The notes under the pieces were generated by a model. It was not told where the DNA came from, ran no database searches, and worked only from the letters and a program-made list of their open reading frames with translations. The translations under genes were made by a program, and so were the position numbers. Below are positions 1-9,583 of a DNA stretch of 64,000 bases, piece after piece (position 1 is the stretch's first letter; each line of letters begins with the position of its first letter). The DNA is from an uncultured Candidatus Entotheonella sp. (GTDB taxonomy: Bacteria > Tectomicrobia > Entotheonellia > Entotheonellales > Entotheonellaceae), in assembly GCA_965217185.1 (NCBI GenBank), contig OZ244252.1, positions 3,232,001 to 3,296,000 of the forward strand, given 5' to 3'.

Positions 1-51
1 CTCGCGCTGCAGTTTTTCTACGGCATCGTCTTCAATCTGCTCACCAGCTAA
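1..51 (+). CDS. 3' end of an upstream, probably membrane, protein (partial)
   Basis: Frame 1 reads LALQFFYGIVFNLLTS then TAA at 49-51; hydrophobic; truncated by the window edge. Confidence 0.5.
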   Translation, partial: LALQFFYGIVFNLLTS

Positions 52-69
52 CGTAACCGGCCACCAAAC

Positions 70-100
70 GCAGGTCGGATCAGCGCAGCATAATCCGACA
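70..100 (+). repeat. GTAG-type REP-like palindrome (family B), degenerate copy
   Basis: GCAGGTCGGATCAGCGCAGCATAATCCGACA closely matches the copies at 18336, 20836 and 28283. Confidence 0.8.
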
Positions 101-128
101 TTCCACCGTGCCACGCAGGAACCACAAA

Positions 129-1412
129 TCAAAGCGGCGTGAAACACTCGGTGCGCACTAGGTCCTCGAACGTCTCGCGGCGCGAGATGAGGTAAGGCGC
201 GCCATCGTCCAGCCACACCTGCGGGGCGCGTCCGATCGAGTTGTAGTTGGAACTCATGGTGTTGCCATAGGCGCCGGCGTCGTGGATGAGCACTAGGTCG
301 CCCTCCTGCACCGGCGGCAGCGGACGCGGTTGCAACAGTTCGGCGTCGTCGCGCGTGAACACGTCTCCCGACTCGCACAGCGGGCCGGACAGCACCGCCG
401 GTTCCAGCGGCGCATCGTCCGGCGCGTCCCACACGCTGATACGGTGGAACGAGCCGTACATGGCGGGGCGTACCAAATCGCAGAACCCGGCGTCGACCAT
501 GACGAAGGTGTGCCCCGGCCCCTTGGTATTGGCGCGGGTACGCTTGACGTCCGTCACTTGCGTGACCACCGCGGCGACCGGCGCCACGAAGTACCGCCCC
601 GGCTCGATTTCCACCCGGATGTTTTCCCCCGTTTGCTGGCTGAAACGAGCCTGACATTCGCGCAGTAGGTGACCGAACGGTTCAAGGTCAATGGCCGTCG
701 CTTCCGGCTTGTAGGGATAGGGTAGACCACCGCCGAGACTGACGGTCTGCGCGTGCGGATAGGCGGGCAGGCAATCAGCGAAGAAGTCGACAAGCTGTTG
801 CATGTTGGCCTGGAACTCCTCAGTAGTTGGCCCAGACCCCACGTGGGCGTGCAGGAGTGTCACCGTCATGCCTTGGCGCTCGGCATTCTGGGCCGCCGCC
901 AGCGCCTCCTCCGGCCACATGCCGTGCTTGGAACTGGGCCCGCCCGTGTCGCAGCCCTGCACGTGTCCGTGTCCGAAACCCGGATTGAGGCGCAGGGCAA
1001 TGGGGCCGCGGTAGCCGGCGTCGGCGAGTTGCTGCACCATGGCCGGCGAGCCGAGATTGGGCAGCACCTTGTGCCGGTTGATAACCTCCAAGGCGTTGTC
1101 CCGGAACACGTCGGTGGACAGCATCACCTCCGGGACGTCGACGCCCATGGGATAGCCCGCCGCCTGCGCCCGCAGGACCTCGTTCCCCGATACTGCGTCG
1201 ATCCAGATGCCCTGCTCCCGCATGGTGCTCAGCACCCGCTTCGCCGAGCACGCCTTCATGGCATAGCGCGCCTGCAGGCCCGGCGCGTCCGTCAGGGCGC
1301 GGATGGCAGCGATCCGGGCGCGCAGAAGCTGCGCGTCGTAAAGGTAAAACGGAGTGCCGACGTGCGCTGCCAACTGGCGCAGATCGACCCCCTGCCAGAC
1401 CGCTGTGGCCAT
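129..1412 (-). CDS. lysA: Diaminopimelate decarboxylase (PLP fold III)
   Basis: Motifs GTPFYLYD, YAMKAC (PLP lysine), HAHVGS, LGGG, IEPGRY, GPLCESGD, GAYG..MSSNYN. Confidence 0.92.
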   Translation of the reverse strand: MATAVWQGVDLRQLAAHVGTPFYLYDAQLLRARIAAIRALTDAPGLQARYAMKACSAKRVLSTMREQGIWIDAVSGNEVLRAQAAGYPMGVDVPEVMLSTDVFRDNALEVINRHKVLPNLGSPAMVQQLADAGYRGPIALRLNPGFGHGHVQGCDTGGPSSKHGMWPEEALAAAQNAERQGMTVTLLHAHVGSGPTTEEFQANMQQLVDFFADCLPAYPHAQTVSLGGGLPYPYKPEATAIDLEPFGHLLRECQARFSQQTGENIRVEIEPGRYFVAPVAAVVTQVTDVKRTRANTKGPGHTFVMVDAGFCDLVRPAMYGSFHRISVWDAPDDAPLEPAVLSGPLCESGDVFTRDDAELLQPRPLPPVQEGDLVLIHDAGAYGNTMSSNYNSIGRAPQVWLDDGAPYLISRRETFEDLVRTECFTPL

Positions 1413-1555
1413 GTATGCTCCTTTGTTGTGTTATGTGATGCTGGTCAAATCAGGCGAAACGCCAGACCGCTGCCCCATTGCCCTGGAAACGTCGGCGGCG
1501 CTCGTAGCCATGATACGCCGCTGCCTGACACTTGGGAAGAGCGGCAACCCTTCAA

Positions 1556-2746
1556 TCACCCCTGCACCATCGACACGTGCCGCACCATTTCCAGCACGCC
1601 GATTGCCTCGACGGTCCCAGACACCGGGTAGTGCTCCGTCCCGGCGTAGACGACGAATCGCCTGTCCGGCTGCACGTCTTTGCAGGCGTTGTAAAAACCT
1701 CGTTCGGGTTTTACTGACGTAGAGCGCTTGACGTCAATGGCCCAGATACCGCGTTGGGCCGGCATTTCGAGGAGGAGGTCGATCTCGGCGCCGGCAGCGG
1801 TGCGGTAGAAACTGGCACGGGTGCGGTCCGGGGCGGCAGATAGGATGTTCTCAATGACGAACGTCTCCCAGCTTGGGCCAACAACCGGATGACCGCAGAG
1901 GGTGTTGTAGTCCCGGATGCCGAGCAGGGCGTGCAGCAAACCGGTGTCACGGACATACACCTTGGGGGACTTCACCAAGCGCTTGCCGGTATTGGCGTAG
2001 TACGGAGGCAGCCGCCGAACCAGCAACAAATCGGTGAGCAGGTCGATATATCTGGAAACAGTCGGGGATTTCAGCGACAGACCGGACGCGAGACGGGAAG
2101 CGTTCAGCAGGGTTCCCTGCCCGTGTGCCAGCATGGTCCAGAGCCGACCCAAGGTTTCGGAGGGTATGCGCGGCCCGAACTGCGGGATATCCGCTCCAGG
2201 TACGTGCGGATGAAATTGCTTCGCCACGCCAAGCTGTCAGCGTCGTTCCCGGCCAGAAAGCTGTCGGGGAATCCGCCGCGCAGCCACAGGCGGGTCAGGG
2301 CGTTTTCGTGCACCCCCACCTCGGCGGCTTGTAAGGGATGCATGGCAATGTATTCGATGCGGCCCGCCAGACTTTCCCCTGATTGCCGCAACAGGTCAAG
2401 GGACGCAGAGCCCAAGACCAGAAAACGGCCGGTACGTCTGCCCCCGCGCCGGCCCCGGTCAATCAAGCCCCGCAAGGATTGAAATAACTCCGGCACCCGG
2501 TGAATCTCGTCGAGCACCACCAGGCGACCTTCGTATTGCGACAGGAAAAAGCACCGGGTCGGCCAGCTTATCGCGATCGCCGCGTTCCTCCAGATCCAGG
2601 TACAGCGCGTCTCTCTGCTCCGCGATGTCCCTTGCCAGCGTTGTCTTGCCAACTTGTCGAGGCCCGATTAGGGCCACTGCGGCTTGTCGGTCCAGCGCTT
2701 GAAGGACGGATTGTTGGATGCTTCGGTCTAAGTATGGCGAATTCAT
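1556..2746 (-). pseudogene. AAA+ ATPase (AAA_14 + DUF4143 type) broken by two frameshifts
   Basis: Walker A GPRQVGKTT (ORF 2459-2746), Walker B LVVLDEIH and LGSAS (ORF 2104-2652), and KRLVKSPKVY..DTGL..EIDL (ORF 1556-2227). Indels fall at the A5 run 2546-2550 and near 2191. Confidence 0.85.
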
Positions 2747-2789
2747 AACCTTGCAAATTTAATTCATCAGTTTAAATTTGCAAGGTTAT
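2745..2789. promoter_or_regulatory. Perfect 18-bp AT-rich inverted repeat abutting the ATPase start codon; candidate operator or terminator
   Basis: ATAACCTTGCAAATTTAA-N9-TTAAATTTGCAAGGTTAT. Confidence 0.6.
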
Positions 2790-2820
2790 TGTGCCGCATC
2801 AGTCGGAGAAGTTCCGCCGC

Positions 2821-3747
2821 TTACCGCGTGCCGCGCAGGCGCGGGTCGAGGGTGTCGCGGATGCCGTCGCCGAAGAGGTTGAAGGCAAGCACGGTGATGG
2901 TGATGGCCAAGCCGGGAAAGAACACCAGCCACCAGGGGGGAATGAGGCCGGAATTCAGGGAATCGGCGAGCAGGTTGCCCCAGGTGGGGGTTGGGGGCGG
3001 GATGCCGACGCCGAGAAAGCCGAGGGCCGATTCGATGATGATGGCGACACCCAGGTGCGTGGTGGCGAGAATCAGGAAAGGGGCGACGCACTGGGGCAGG
3101 ATGTGCAGCGCCATGATGCGCAGCGTCGAGGCGCCGATGCCGCGGGCGGCTTCGACGTAGGCGATTTCTTTCAGCGACAACGCCACGACGCGCACGACGC
3201 GGCCGCCGAAGGGAATGCGGGTGACGGCGATGGCGACGATGACTGTCCACGTGCCGGTGCCGAGCGCCATGGAGATGGCCATGGCCAGGATGAGGTCCGG
3301 GAACGATTGCAGAACCTCGATGACGCGTTGGCTGAGGATGTCGAACCGGCCGCCGATGTAGCCGCTGGCCAGCCCCCACAGCGAGCCGGTCGTGGTGCCC
3401 AGCAACACCGCGGCAATGGCCACCACCAGCGAGGAGCGGCTGCCGTAAATAACCCGGCTCAGATTGTCGCGGCCAATCTGGTCGGTGCCGAAGTAGCTTT
3501 GCGCGTCGGGCGGTTTCGACATGCGCCTGAAATTGGCCTTTAACGGGTCGTGCGGTGCGATTAGCGGTGCGACGATCGCCATGATGAGAATCGCCGCGGC
3601 CACCACGCCCCAGAAGGCCGACAGGGGATTGCGCCGCACGAAATTGCGCAGACCGCGCCATGCCCGTGCTGGACGGGAGAGGACGACGGCGTCATCCGCG
3701 GCGGACGAGGCCGATGGGCTTGAGCTATACGCTTGCATATCCATCAA
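2821..3747 (-). CDS. Peptide/nickel ABC transporter permease (DppC/OppC-like)
   Basis: FGTDQIGRD, EAA loop YVEAARGIGAS, PPTPTWG; multiple TM segments. Confidence 0.92.
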   Translation of the reverse strand: MMDMQAYSSSPSASSAADDAVVLSRPARAWRGLRNFVRRNPLSAFWGVVAAAILIMAIVAPLIAPHDPLKANFRRMSKPPDAQSYFGTDQIGRDNLSRVIYGSRSSLVVAIAAVLLGTTTGSLWGLASGYIGGRFDILSQRVIEVLQSFPDLILAMAISMALGTGTWTVIVAIAVTRIPFGGRVVRVVALSLKEIAYVEAARGIGASTLRIMALHILPQCVAPFLILATTHLGVAIIIESALGFLGVGIPPPTPTWGNLLADSLNSGLIPPWWLVFFPGLAITITVLAFNLFGDGIRDTLDPRLRGTR

Positions 3748-3790
3748 GTGGTTCGTGACAATTGGTTAAGGGACGATCCCAACGCCGGCT

Positions 3791-3830
3791 TCCCCCTCAC
3801 CCCAACCCTCTCCCGCCAGGGGAGAGGGGG
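3791..3830 (+). repeat. Palindromic intergenic repeat family A (CCCTCACCCCAACCCTCTCCC..GGGAGAGGG), single arm
   Basis: The same motif recurs at 4831, 6673/6770, 10714/10805, 12061, 15101 and 30043. Confidence 0.85.
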
Positions 3831-3844
3831 TAAAGGCTCGGCCA

Positions 3845-4810
3845 TTACTGGTAATGAATCCTCGGATCAAACCAGGCATAAGTCACGTCGACCAGCACGT
3901 TGATCAGCACAAAGACGAAGGAGTACAGGAACACGAGATTCTGAATCACCGTGATATCGCGCTCAATCACCGCGGTAATCATGGCGCGTCCAAGGCCAGG
4001 GACGCCAAACGCCTGCTCGATCGGGATCGATCCCGCCAGCACGAACCCCATCAGAACGCCGGAAAGCGTGATAACGGGCAGTAAGGCATTCGGCAGCGCA
4101 TGGCGGTTGACCACCAAGCGTTCGACGACCCCCTTGGCGCGGGCCGTGCGGACGTAATCTTCACGGATGACTTCCAACAGCGAAGACCGCGCCATGCGGG
4201 CAATGTAGGCGGCCTGGCCAACGCCGAGCACCAACGCCGGACCGACGACGATCTGCAGGTTGGCCCACGGGTCCACCCACAGCGGCACCCCCGTGAGCGG
4301 CGCCTTGTAGCCGAACCAGAACAGCGAGCCGAGAACGATGAGGATGCCGAGCCAGAAGCCGGGGAAGGCCAGGAAGAGGATCGACATGATCCGCGCGCCC
4401 GTATCCGCCAGAGTATTGGGGCGGAGGGCGCTGATAATGCCCACCGGTAGCCCCACGAGCCATGAGATCACCACCGACAGCACGCCGATTTCGAGGCTCA
4501 ACGGGCCGCGGCGCACAATCATGTCGGCCACACTCTCATCGCGGAAGAACGACCTGCCGAGTTCGCCGCTGACGACGTCGCCCATCCACTTGAGGTACTG
4601 CACGGGCAGCGGGTCGCTGAGGCCGAGCTCGGCCATGTAGTGGGCGCGATCCTCGGCGGTCAGCTTGGTAAAGCCTTCCATGCCGAAGATGGCCACGAGG
4701 GGGTCGCCGGGGAGGATGCGCATGAGCACGAAGACGATGATCGACACCCCGATCATCGTCATAAGGCCGAAGCCGAGGCGCCGCAGAATGTATTCGTACA
4801 AGGGAGTCAC
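3845..4810 (-). CDS. Peptide/nickel ABC transporter permease (DppB/OppB-like)
   Basis: YILRRL, LPGDP, EAA loop DYVRTARAKG, C-terminal DPRI. Confidence 0.92.
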   Translation of the reverse strand: MTPLYEYILRRLGFGLMTMIGVSIIVFVLMRILPGDPLVAIFGMEGFTKLTAEDRAHYMAELGLSDPLPVQYLKWMGDVVSGELGRSFFRDESVADMIVRRGPLSLEIGVLSVVISWLVGLPVGIISALRPNTLADTGARIMSILFLAFPGFWLGILIVLGSLFWFGYKAPLTGVPLWVDPWANLQIVVGPALVLGVGQAAYIARMARSSLLEVIREDYVRTARAKGVVERLVVNRHALPNALLPVITLSGVLMGFVLAGSIPIEQAFGVPGLGRAMITAVIERDITVIQNLVFLYSFVFVLINVLVDVTYAWFDPRIHYQ

Positions 4811-4829
4811 TCCAGGGCATGCGTCGGAT

Positions 4830-4942
4830 TCCCCTCACCCCAACCCTCTCTCCCGCCAGGGGAGAGGGAGCAAAACCCTGCGTGGGGACATTAGCACTCC
4901 GGTCCCCTCCCCCCTCCGTGGGGGAGGGCTAGGGAGAGGGGG
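4830..4942. repeat. Family A repeat, two inverted arms (~110 bp MITE-like unit)
   Basis: Arm 4831-4870 and inverted arm ~4905-4942. Confidence 0.85.
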
Positions 4943-4960
4943 AAGTCCGGGGAAACCTGC

Positions 4961-6649
4961 CTACTTGTCCATCCAGAAGGTATCGAAGCGCACCACGTCG
5001 TAGATGCCGAAATAGTTGTACGGGTTGTGGCCTTTCACGTAGTCGTACCAGCCGTCGTTGATCTTCTCCCACGCCACCGGGATGAGCGGCGGGTCTTGCT
5101 CCATCACGGCTTCCGCCTGCCGCACAAGGTCCCTGCGCTTGGCGTCGTCGAGCTCGCGGTCGATCTGCAGCACCAAGTCCTGGAACTTGGGGTTGAACCA
5201 CTTGGAATAGTTCTGCGGGCCGTCCTTGCCGTACCAGGCGTTGAAATAGTCCGAGGGATCGATCAGCGTCGACACGATGGCGCTGATGGTGAAGTCGAAT
5301 TTCCCCGCCAGGGCCTCGTCGAACCACACCGAGACCTGCACCGTGCGCAGGTTGGTCTGGATGTTCAGGATTTCCCGCAGCATGGCTTGCACGGCCACCG
5401 ACCAGAGCTTGAAGCTGGCCGCCTCGCGGATCATGAAATCCACGTCCTTGATGCCGTCGGCGTAGCCGGCAGCCGCCATGAGCTCGCGCGCTTCGCGGAT
5501 GGCGGCGGTGGGGTCGGACTGGTAACCCGGGCGCTCAGCCAATTTGTCCGGCGGCGTGGCGAAATCCGAAAACGGATAAATGAAGCCGCCCACCAACATC
5601 GGCGCCACGTCCCTGACCACGTCCACCAGCACCGCGCGGTCCAGCACCAGGTGAATGGCGCGCCGCACTCGAGGATCCCGGAACGCCTCACGCTCGTTGT
5701 TCACCCAGATTGCCTGGATGACGCTCTGATAGTAGTCGGTGCCGGTCATTCCCGGGGTGTCCTGCACGATTTTGAGGCTCACGGGATCGAGCAGGCGCGC
5801 GTAGTCAAGGTTGCCAGCCAGCAGCGCGGCGCCCAACTGGGGTGAGAACGGCGGCAGGTGGTAGAATTCGATACCGTCGAGATACGGCAGGCCCTCGTTC
5901 CAGTAATCCGGGTTGCGCTCCATCACCCACACCTCCTTGTCGATGCGGTTGACGGACCGGAACGGGCCGGTGCCGGGATAATCCGGGATTTGCCGCAGGC
6001 TGTAGTTGTTGTCCTCCAGCGTCTTCTTGCGCACGATGATGTTCCAGCCGCTGGCGAACGCCCCGAGCATGAAGTTCTGCGGGCGCGGCTCGCTGAGCTT
6101 GAACTCGATCGTGTGGGAATCGCGGACGTTGATTTCGCTCACGGTGGCGAACAGCGGCGTGCGGGGACTGCTGAAGCCTTTCGGCGGCTGGATGATGCGC
6201 TGGTAGGTCGCCTGCACGTCCTCGGCCGTAAAGTCGGCGCCGTCGTGGAAGGTGACGCCCTTACGCAGGAAGAAGGTGTAGGTCTTGCCGTCGGGGGAAA
6301 TCTCCCAACTGTGCGCCAAGTCCGGGATGATCGTTTGCCCGCTGTCGAGCGGATTGCGGCGGATGAGGTTGTCGTACATGCAGCCCTGCGTGCCCATGTT
6401 GGACACGGTGCCGGATTGATGCACGTCGAAATGCGCCGGTGCGTTCAGGACGCCGTAGCGCAACACACCGCCGCGCTTGGGATTGGGCTCCGGCGCCTGG
6501 AGCTTGAACGCCGAACCGTCGAACGAACTGGGCGTTTGCGCCTCACCCAGGCCGAGGGAAAGCCCATAGGCTCCCGCCGCGGCCGCCGCCGAGGTTCCCA
6601 ACAGGCCGCGCCGGGTCCATTCTGCTGAAGCGGGATATCGGTTGGACAT
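4961..6649 (-). CDS. ABC transporter substrate-binding protein, family 5, with Tat signal
   Basis: TRRGLL Tat motif; PDLAHSWEIS.DGKTYTF.LRKGV.FHDG; GTGPF. Confidence 0.92.
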   Translation of the reverse strand: MSNRYPASAEWTRRGLLGTSAAAAAGAYGLSLGLGEAQTPSSFDGSAFKLQAPEPNPKRGGVLRYGVLNAPAHFDVHQSGTVSNMGTQGCMYDNLIRRNPLDSGQTIIPDLAHSWEISPDGKTYTFFLRKGVTFHDGADFTAEDVQATYQRIIQPPKGFSSPRTPLFATVSEINVRDSHTIEFKLSEPRPQNFMLGAFASGWNIIVRKKTLEDNNYSLRQIPDYPGTGPFRSVNRIDKEVWVMERNPDYWNEGLPYLDGIEFYHLPPFSPQLGAALLAGNLDYARLLDPVSLKIVQDTPGMTGTDYYQSVIQAIWVNNEREAFRDPRVRRAIHLVLDRAVLVDVVRDVAPMLVGGFIYPFSDFATPPDKLAERPGYQSDPTAAIREARELMAAAGYADGIKDVDFMIREAASFKLWSVAVQAMLREILNIQTNLRTVQVSVWFDEALAGKFDFTISAIVSTLIDPSDYFNAWYGKDGPQNYSKWFNPKFQDLVLQIDRELDDAKRRDLVRQAEAVMEQDPPLIPVAWEKINDGWYDYVKGHNPYNYFGIYDVVRFDTFWMDK

Positions 6650-6672
6650 GATGAACGTCTCCTTGCGGTGCG

Positions 6673-6808
6673 CCCCCTCTCCCTAGCCCTCCCCCGCGGC
6701 GGGGGGAGGGGACCAGAAAGCCAACTCTCCCCCACGAAGAGGGGTTATTCCCCTGCAAAGATGATTTTGCTCCCTCTCCCCCTGGGGGAGAGGGCTGGGG
6801 TGAGGGGA
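6673..6808. repeat. Family A repeat, two inverted arms
   Basis: CCCCTCTCCCTAGCCCTCCCCC..GGGGGGAGGGG and inverted CCCTCTCCCCC..GGGGAGAGGGCTGGGGTGAGGGG. Confidence 0.85.
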
Positions 6809-6818
6809 AAAATTAAAT

Positions 6819-9098
6819 CTAGGACTGCATCTTCTCAAGCACATAACCGGGAGACATCGGCAGGTCGGTCATGCGCTGTCCGGTGGCGCGGTAGATGGCG
6901 TTGGCCACGGCTGCCGGCGGCGGCACGATGGGCACCTCGCCGACGCCGCGCACCCCAAAAGGATGCCCGGGATTCGGCACCTCGACCAGCACCGTGTCGA
7001 TCATCGGCAAATCCAGGCAGGTGGGCATGCGGTAGTCGAGGAAGCTGGCGTTGCTCATGTTGCCGTCTTCGCGGTACATGTATGCCTCGTTCAACGCCCA
7101 GCCGATGCCTTGCGTGACGCCGCCCTGGATCTGGCCTTCCACGTAGCTTGGGTGGATGGCCTTGCCGACGTCCTGCACCGCGGTGTAGCGCAGGATGGAG
7201 ACCTTGCCGGTGTCCGGATCGACCTCGACGTCGACGATGTGGGTGGCAAAGGCGCCGCCGACACCGCGCGGCTGCACGGTGGCGCGGCCGGAAATCGGCC
7301 CGCCGGTGCGCGGCATCAACTCCGCCATCTGCTGAAAGCTCACCGACTTGCCGGCGTCCTTGCTGCAGCCGAACACGCCGCCCGAATAGGTGACGTCCGC
7401 AGCGCTCAGCGCATTGGCACCCTCCTCCTGTTCGTTGCTCCAACGCTCGGCGAGGCGCTCCTTCATCTGCCGGACGACGTCGTTCACCGCTTCGTACGCC
7501 GCGTAGCCGGTGGCAAACGTCGTGCGGCTGCCGCCTGTAACGTCCGTGTAGCCGACGCCGTCCGTTCCGGCGACCGTGGGCCGCACGCTCTCGTACGGAA
7601 TACCGAGCACCTCAGCCGCCTGCATGGCGATGGAAGCGCGCGTGCCGCCGATGTCGGTGGAACCTTCGACGAGGCTGACGGTGCCGTCGGAGTTCACGTT
7701 GATTACCACGCTGGACTGCAAACCGACGTTGAACCAGAACCCTGACGCGACGCCGCGGCCGCGATTCGGGCCTTCGAGCGGCGTATTGTAGTGCTCGTGT
7801 TCGAGCGCCGCGTGCACCGTCTCCAGGAAGCCGATACGCGGGTGCGTCGGGCCATCCACGCGGCGGTCGCCCTCCTTGGCGCCGTTCATCACGCGCAATT
7901 GCAATGGGTCGATGCCCAACTGCTCGGCGAACTCGTCCATGACCGTCTCCGAGGCAAACGCCGCATTGGTTGCCCCAGGCGCGCGATAGGCGGTGGTCTT
8001 TGGCTTGTTCACCACCACGTCGTAGCCGTCCACCTGCATGTTCGGGAAGCTGTAGGGCGAGAAGATGCACATGCCGCCCGGTCCCACCGGCGAGCCCGGA
8101 AAGGCCCCTGCCTCGAATGCAAGCGACGCCTCGGCAGCCACCACGCGGCCGTCCCTGGTGGCGCCCATCTTGACGTTGATGCGCGAGCCCGGCGTCGGAC
8201 CCGTGCTCTCGAACTCCTCGATGCGGTTCATCACCAGCTTGACCGCCTGGCCGGTCTTGCGCGACAGCAGCGCCGCCACCGGTTCGAGGTAGACGGGAAT
8301 CTTGCCGCCGAAGCCGCCGCCGATCTCCGCCGGGATGACGGACACCTGCGACACCGGAATGCCCAGGACCTCGGACGACTGCTTCTGTACTACGAAGGCG
8401 CCCTGCGTACTCGTCCAGATGGTGACGTGCCCCTCTTCGTTCCACATGGCGGTGGCGTTGTGGGGCTCGATGTAGCCTTGGTGCACGGTGGCGGTGTCGA
8501 ACTCGCGTTCGATGATCAGATCGGCCTGCTTGAAGCCCTCCGCCACGTCGCCCAAGGTGAAGCGGTAATGGCTGGCGACGTTGCTCTCACGGTTTGTCTT
8601 TTCACCGAGCGACGTGGTGGTCATGCCGTCGTGCAGAATCGGCGCCCCATCCTGCATCGCCTCGGGCGCCGTCAGCACCGGCGGCAAGATCTCGTATTCC
8701 ACCTCGATCAGGTTCACCGCCTCTTCGGCGACGTGCACGTTGACCGCCGCCACCGCGGCGATGGCGTGCCCCCTGTATAAGGCTTTTCCCTGGGCCAGCA
8801 CGTTGTTGCTGAGGAATTTCAGATTGACCGCGCCCTCGCCGAGATTGGCGATCTTGTCGGGCGCTTCGGGCAGGTCCTTGTGCGTCACCACGGCCTTGAC
8901 GCCGGGCAGCGCTTCGGCCTTGCTGGTATCAATCGACTTGATGCGGGCGTGGGCGTGGGGGCTGCGCAGCACCTTGCCGTGCAGCATGCCGGGCATGCGC
9001 ACGTCGGCGCCGTATATCGCCCGGCCCGTCACCTTGTCGGCACCATCGGGGCGCACCGGGCGCGTTCCGATAACTCGATATGCCGTTGCTTCTGCCAT
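6819..9098 (-). CDS. Xanthine dehydrogenase family molybdopterin-binding large subunit (CoxL-like)
   Basis: KVTGRAIY, LRSPHAHARI, IGGGFGGK, AYRAPG, VEGQIQGG, RGVGE. Start moved to ATG 9098, which overlaps the small-subunit stop (ATGA). Confidence 0.92.
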   Translation of the reverse strand: MAEATAYRVIGTRPVRPDGADKVTGRAIYGADVRMPGMLHGKVLRSPHAHARIKSIDTSKAEALPGVKAVVTHKDLPEAPDKIANLGEGAVNLKFLSNNVLAQGKALYRGHAIAAVAAVNVHVAEEAVNLIEVEYEILPPVLTAPEAMQDGAPILHDGMTTTSLGEKTNRESNVASHYRFTLGDVAEGFKQADLIIEREFDTATVHQGYIEPHNATAMWNEEGHVTIWTSTQGAFVVQKQSSEVLGIPVSQVSVIPAEIGGGFGGKIPVYLEPVAALLSRKTGQAVKLVMNRIEEFESTGPTPGSRINVKMGATRDGRVVAAEASLAFEAGAFPGSPVGPGGMCIFSPYSFPNMQVDGYDVVVNKPKTTAYRAPGATNAAFASETVMDEFAEQLGIDPLQLRVMNGAKEGDRRVDGPTHPRIGFLETVHAALEHEHYNTPLEGPNRGRGVASGFWFNVGLQSSVVINVNSDGTVSLVEGSTDIGGTRASIAMQAAEVLGIPYESVRPTVAGTDGVGYTDVTGGSRTTFATGYAAYEAVNDVVRQMKERLAERWSNEQEEGANALSAADVTYSGGVFGCSKDAGKSVSFQQMAELMPRTGGPISGRATVQPRGVGGAFATHIVDVEVDPDTGKVSILRYTAVQDVGKAIHPSYVEGQIQGGVTQGIGWALNEAYMYREDGNMSNASFLDYRMPTCLDLPMIDTVLVEVPNPGHPFGVRGVGEVPIVPPPAAVANAIYRATGQRMTDLPMSPGYVLEKMQS

Positions 9099-9580
9099 CA
9101 GGCGCTGGCCTCCATGGTTTCGGCGGCGTCGAGAACCGCGCGCACGATCTTGTCGTAGCCCGTGCAGCGGCACAGATTGCCGGCCAGCCAGTAGCGCACC
9201 TCGTGCTCCGTCGGCTTGGGATTCTTTTCAAGCAACGCCTTGGACGCCATGATGAATCCGGGCGTGCAGATACCGCATTGCAGGGCGGCATGCTCCAGGA
9301 ACTTCTGCTGCAGCGGATGCAACTGGGCGGGGCTGGCGAGCCCTTCGATCGTATTCACCGACTTGCCGTCCACCTCGGCGGCCAGCACCAGGCAGGAGTC
9401 AACGAGCACGCCGTCAATCTGTAGGCTGCAGGCGCCGCAATTGCCGTTGCTGCAACCTTCTTTGGTACCCGTGAAGCCCAAGTCGTCACGCAGCACTTCC
9501 AACAGGCTCTGGCGCGAATCGCAAAGAAACTCCGCCGCCTCACCGTTCAGGGTCGTTTGTACGTGTATCCGTGTCGACAT
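9098..9580 (-). CDS. (2Fe-2S)-binding small subunit (CoxS-like)
   Basis: GTKEGCSNGNCGACS, QCGICTPG, GNLCRCTGY. Confidence 0.95.
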   Translation of the reverse strand: MSTRIHVQTTLNGEAAEFLCDSRQSLLEVLRDDLGFTGTKEGCSNGNCGACSLQIDGVLVDSCLVLAAEVDGKSVNTIEGLASPAQLHPLQQKFLEHAALQCGICTPGFIMASKALLEKNPKPTEHEVRYWLAGNLCRCTGYDKIVRAVLDAAETMEASA

Positions 9581-9583
9581 TCC

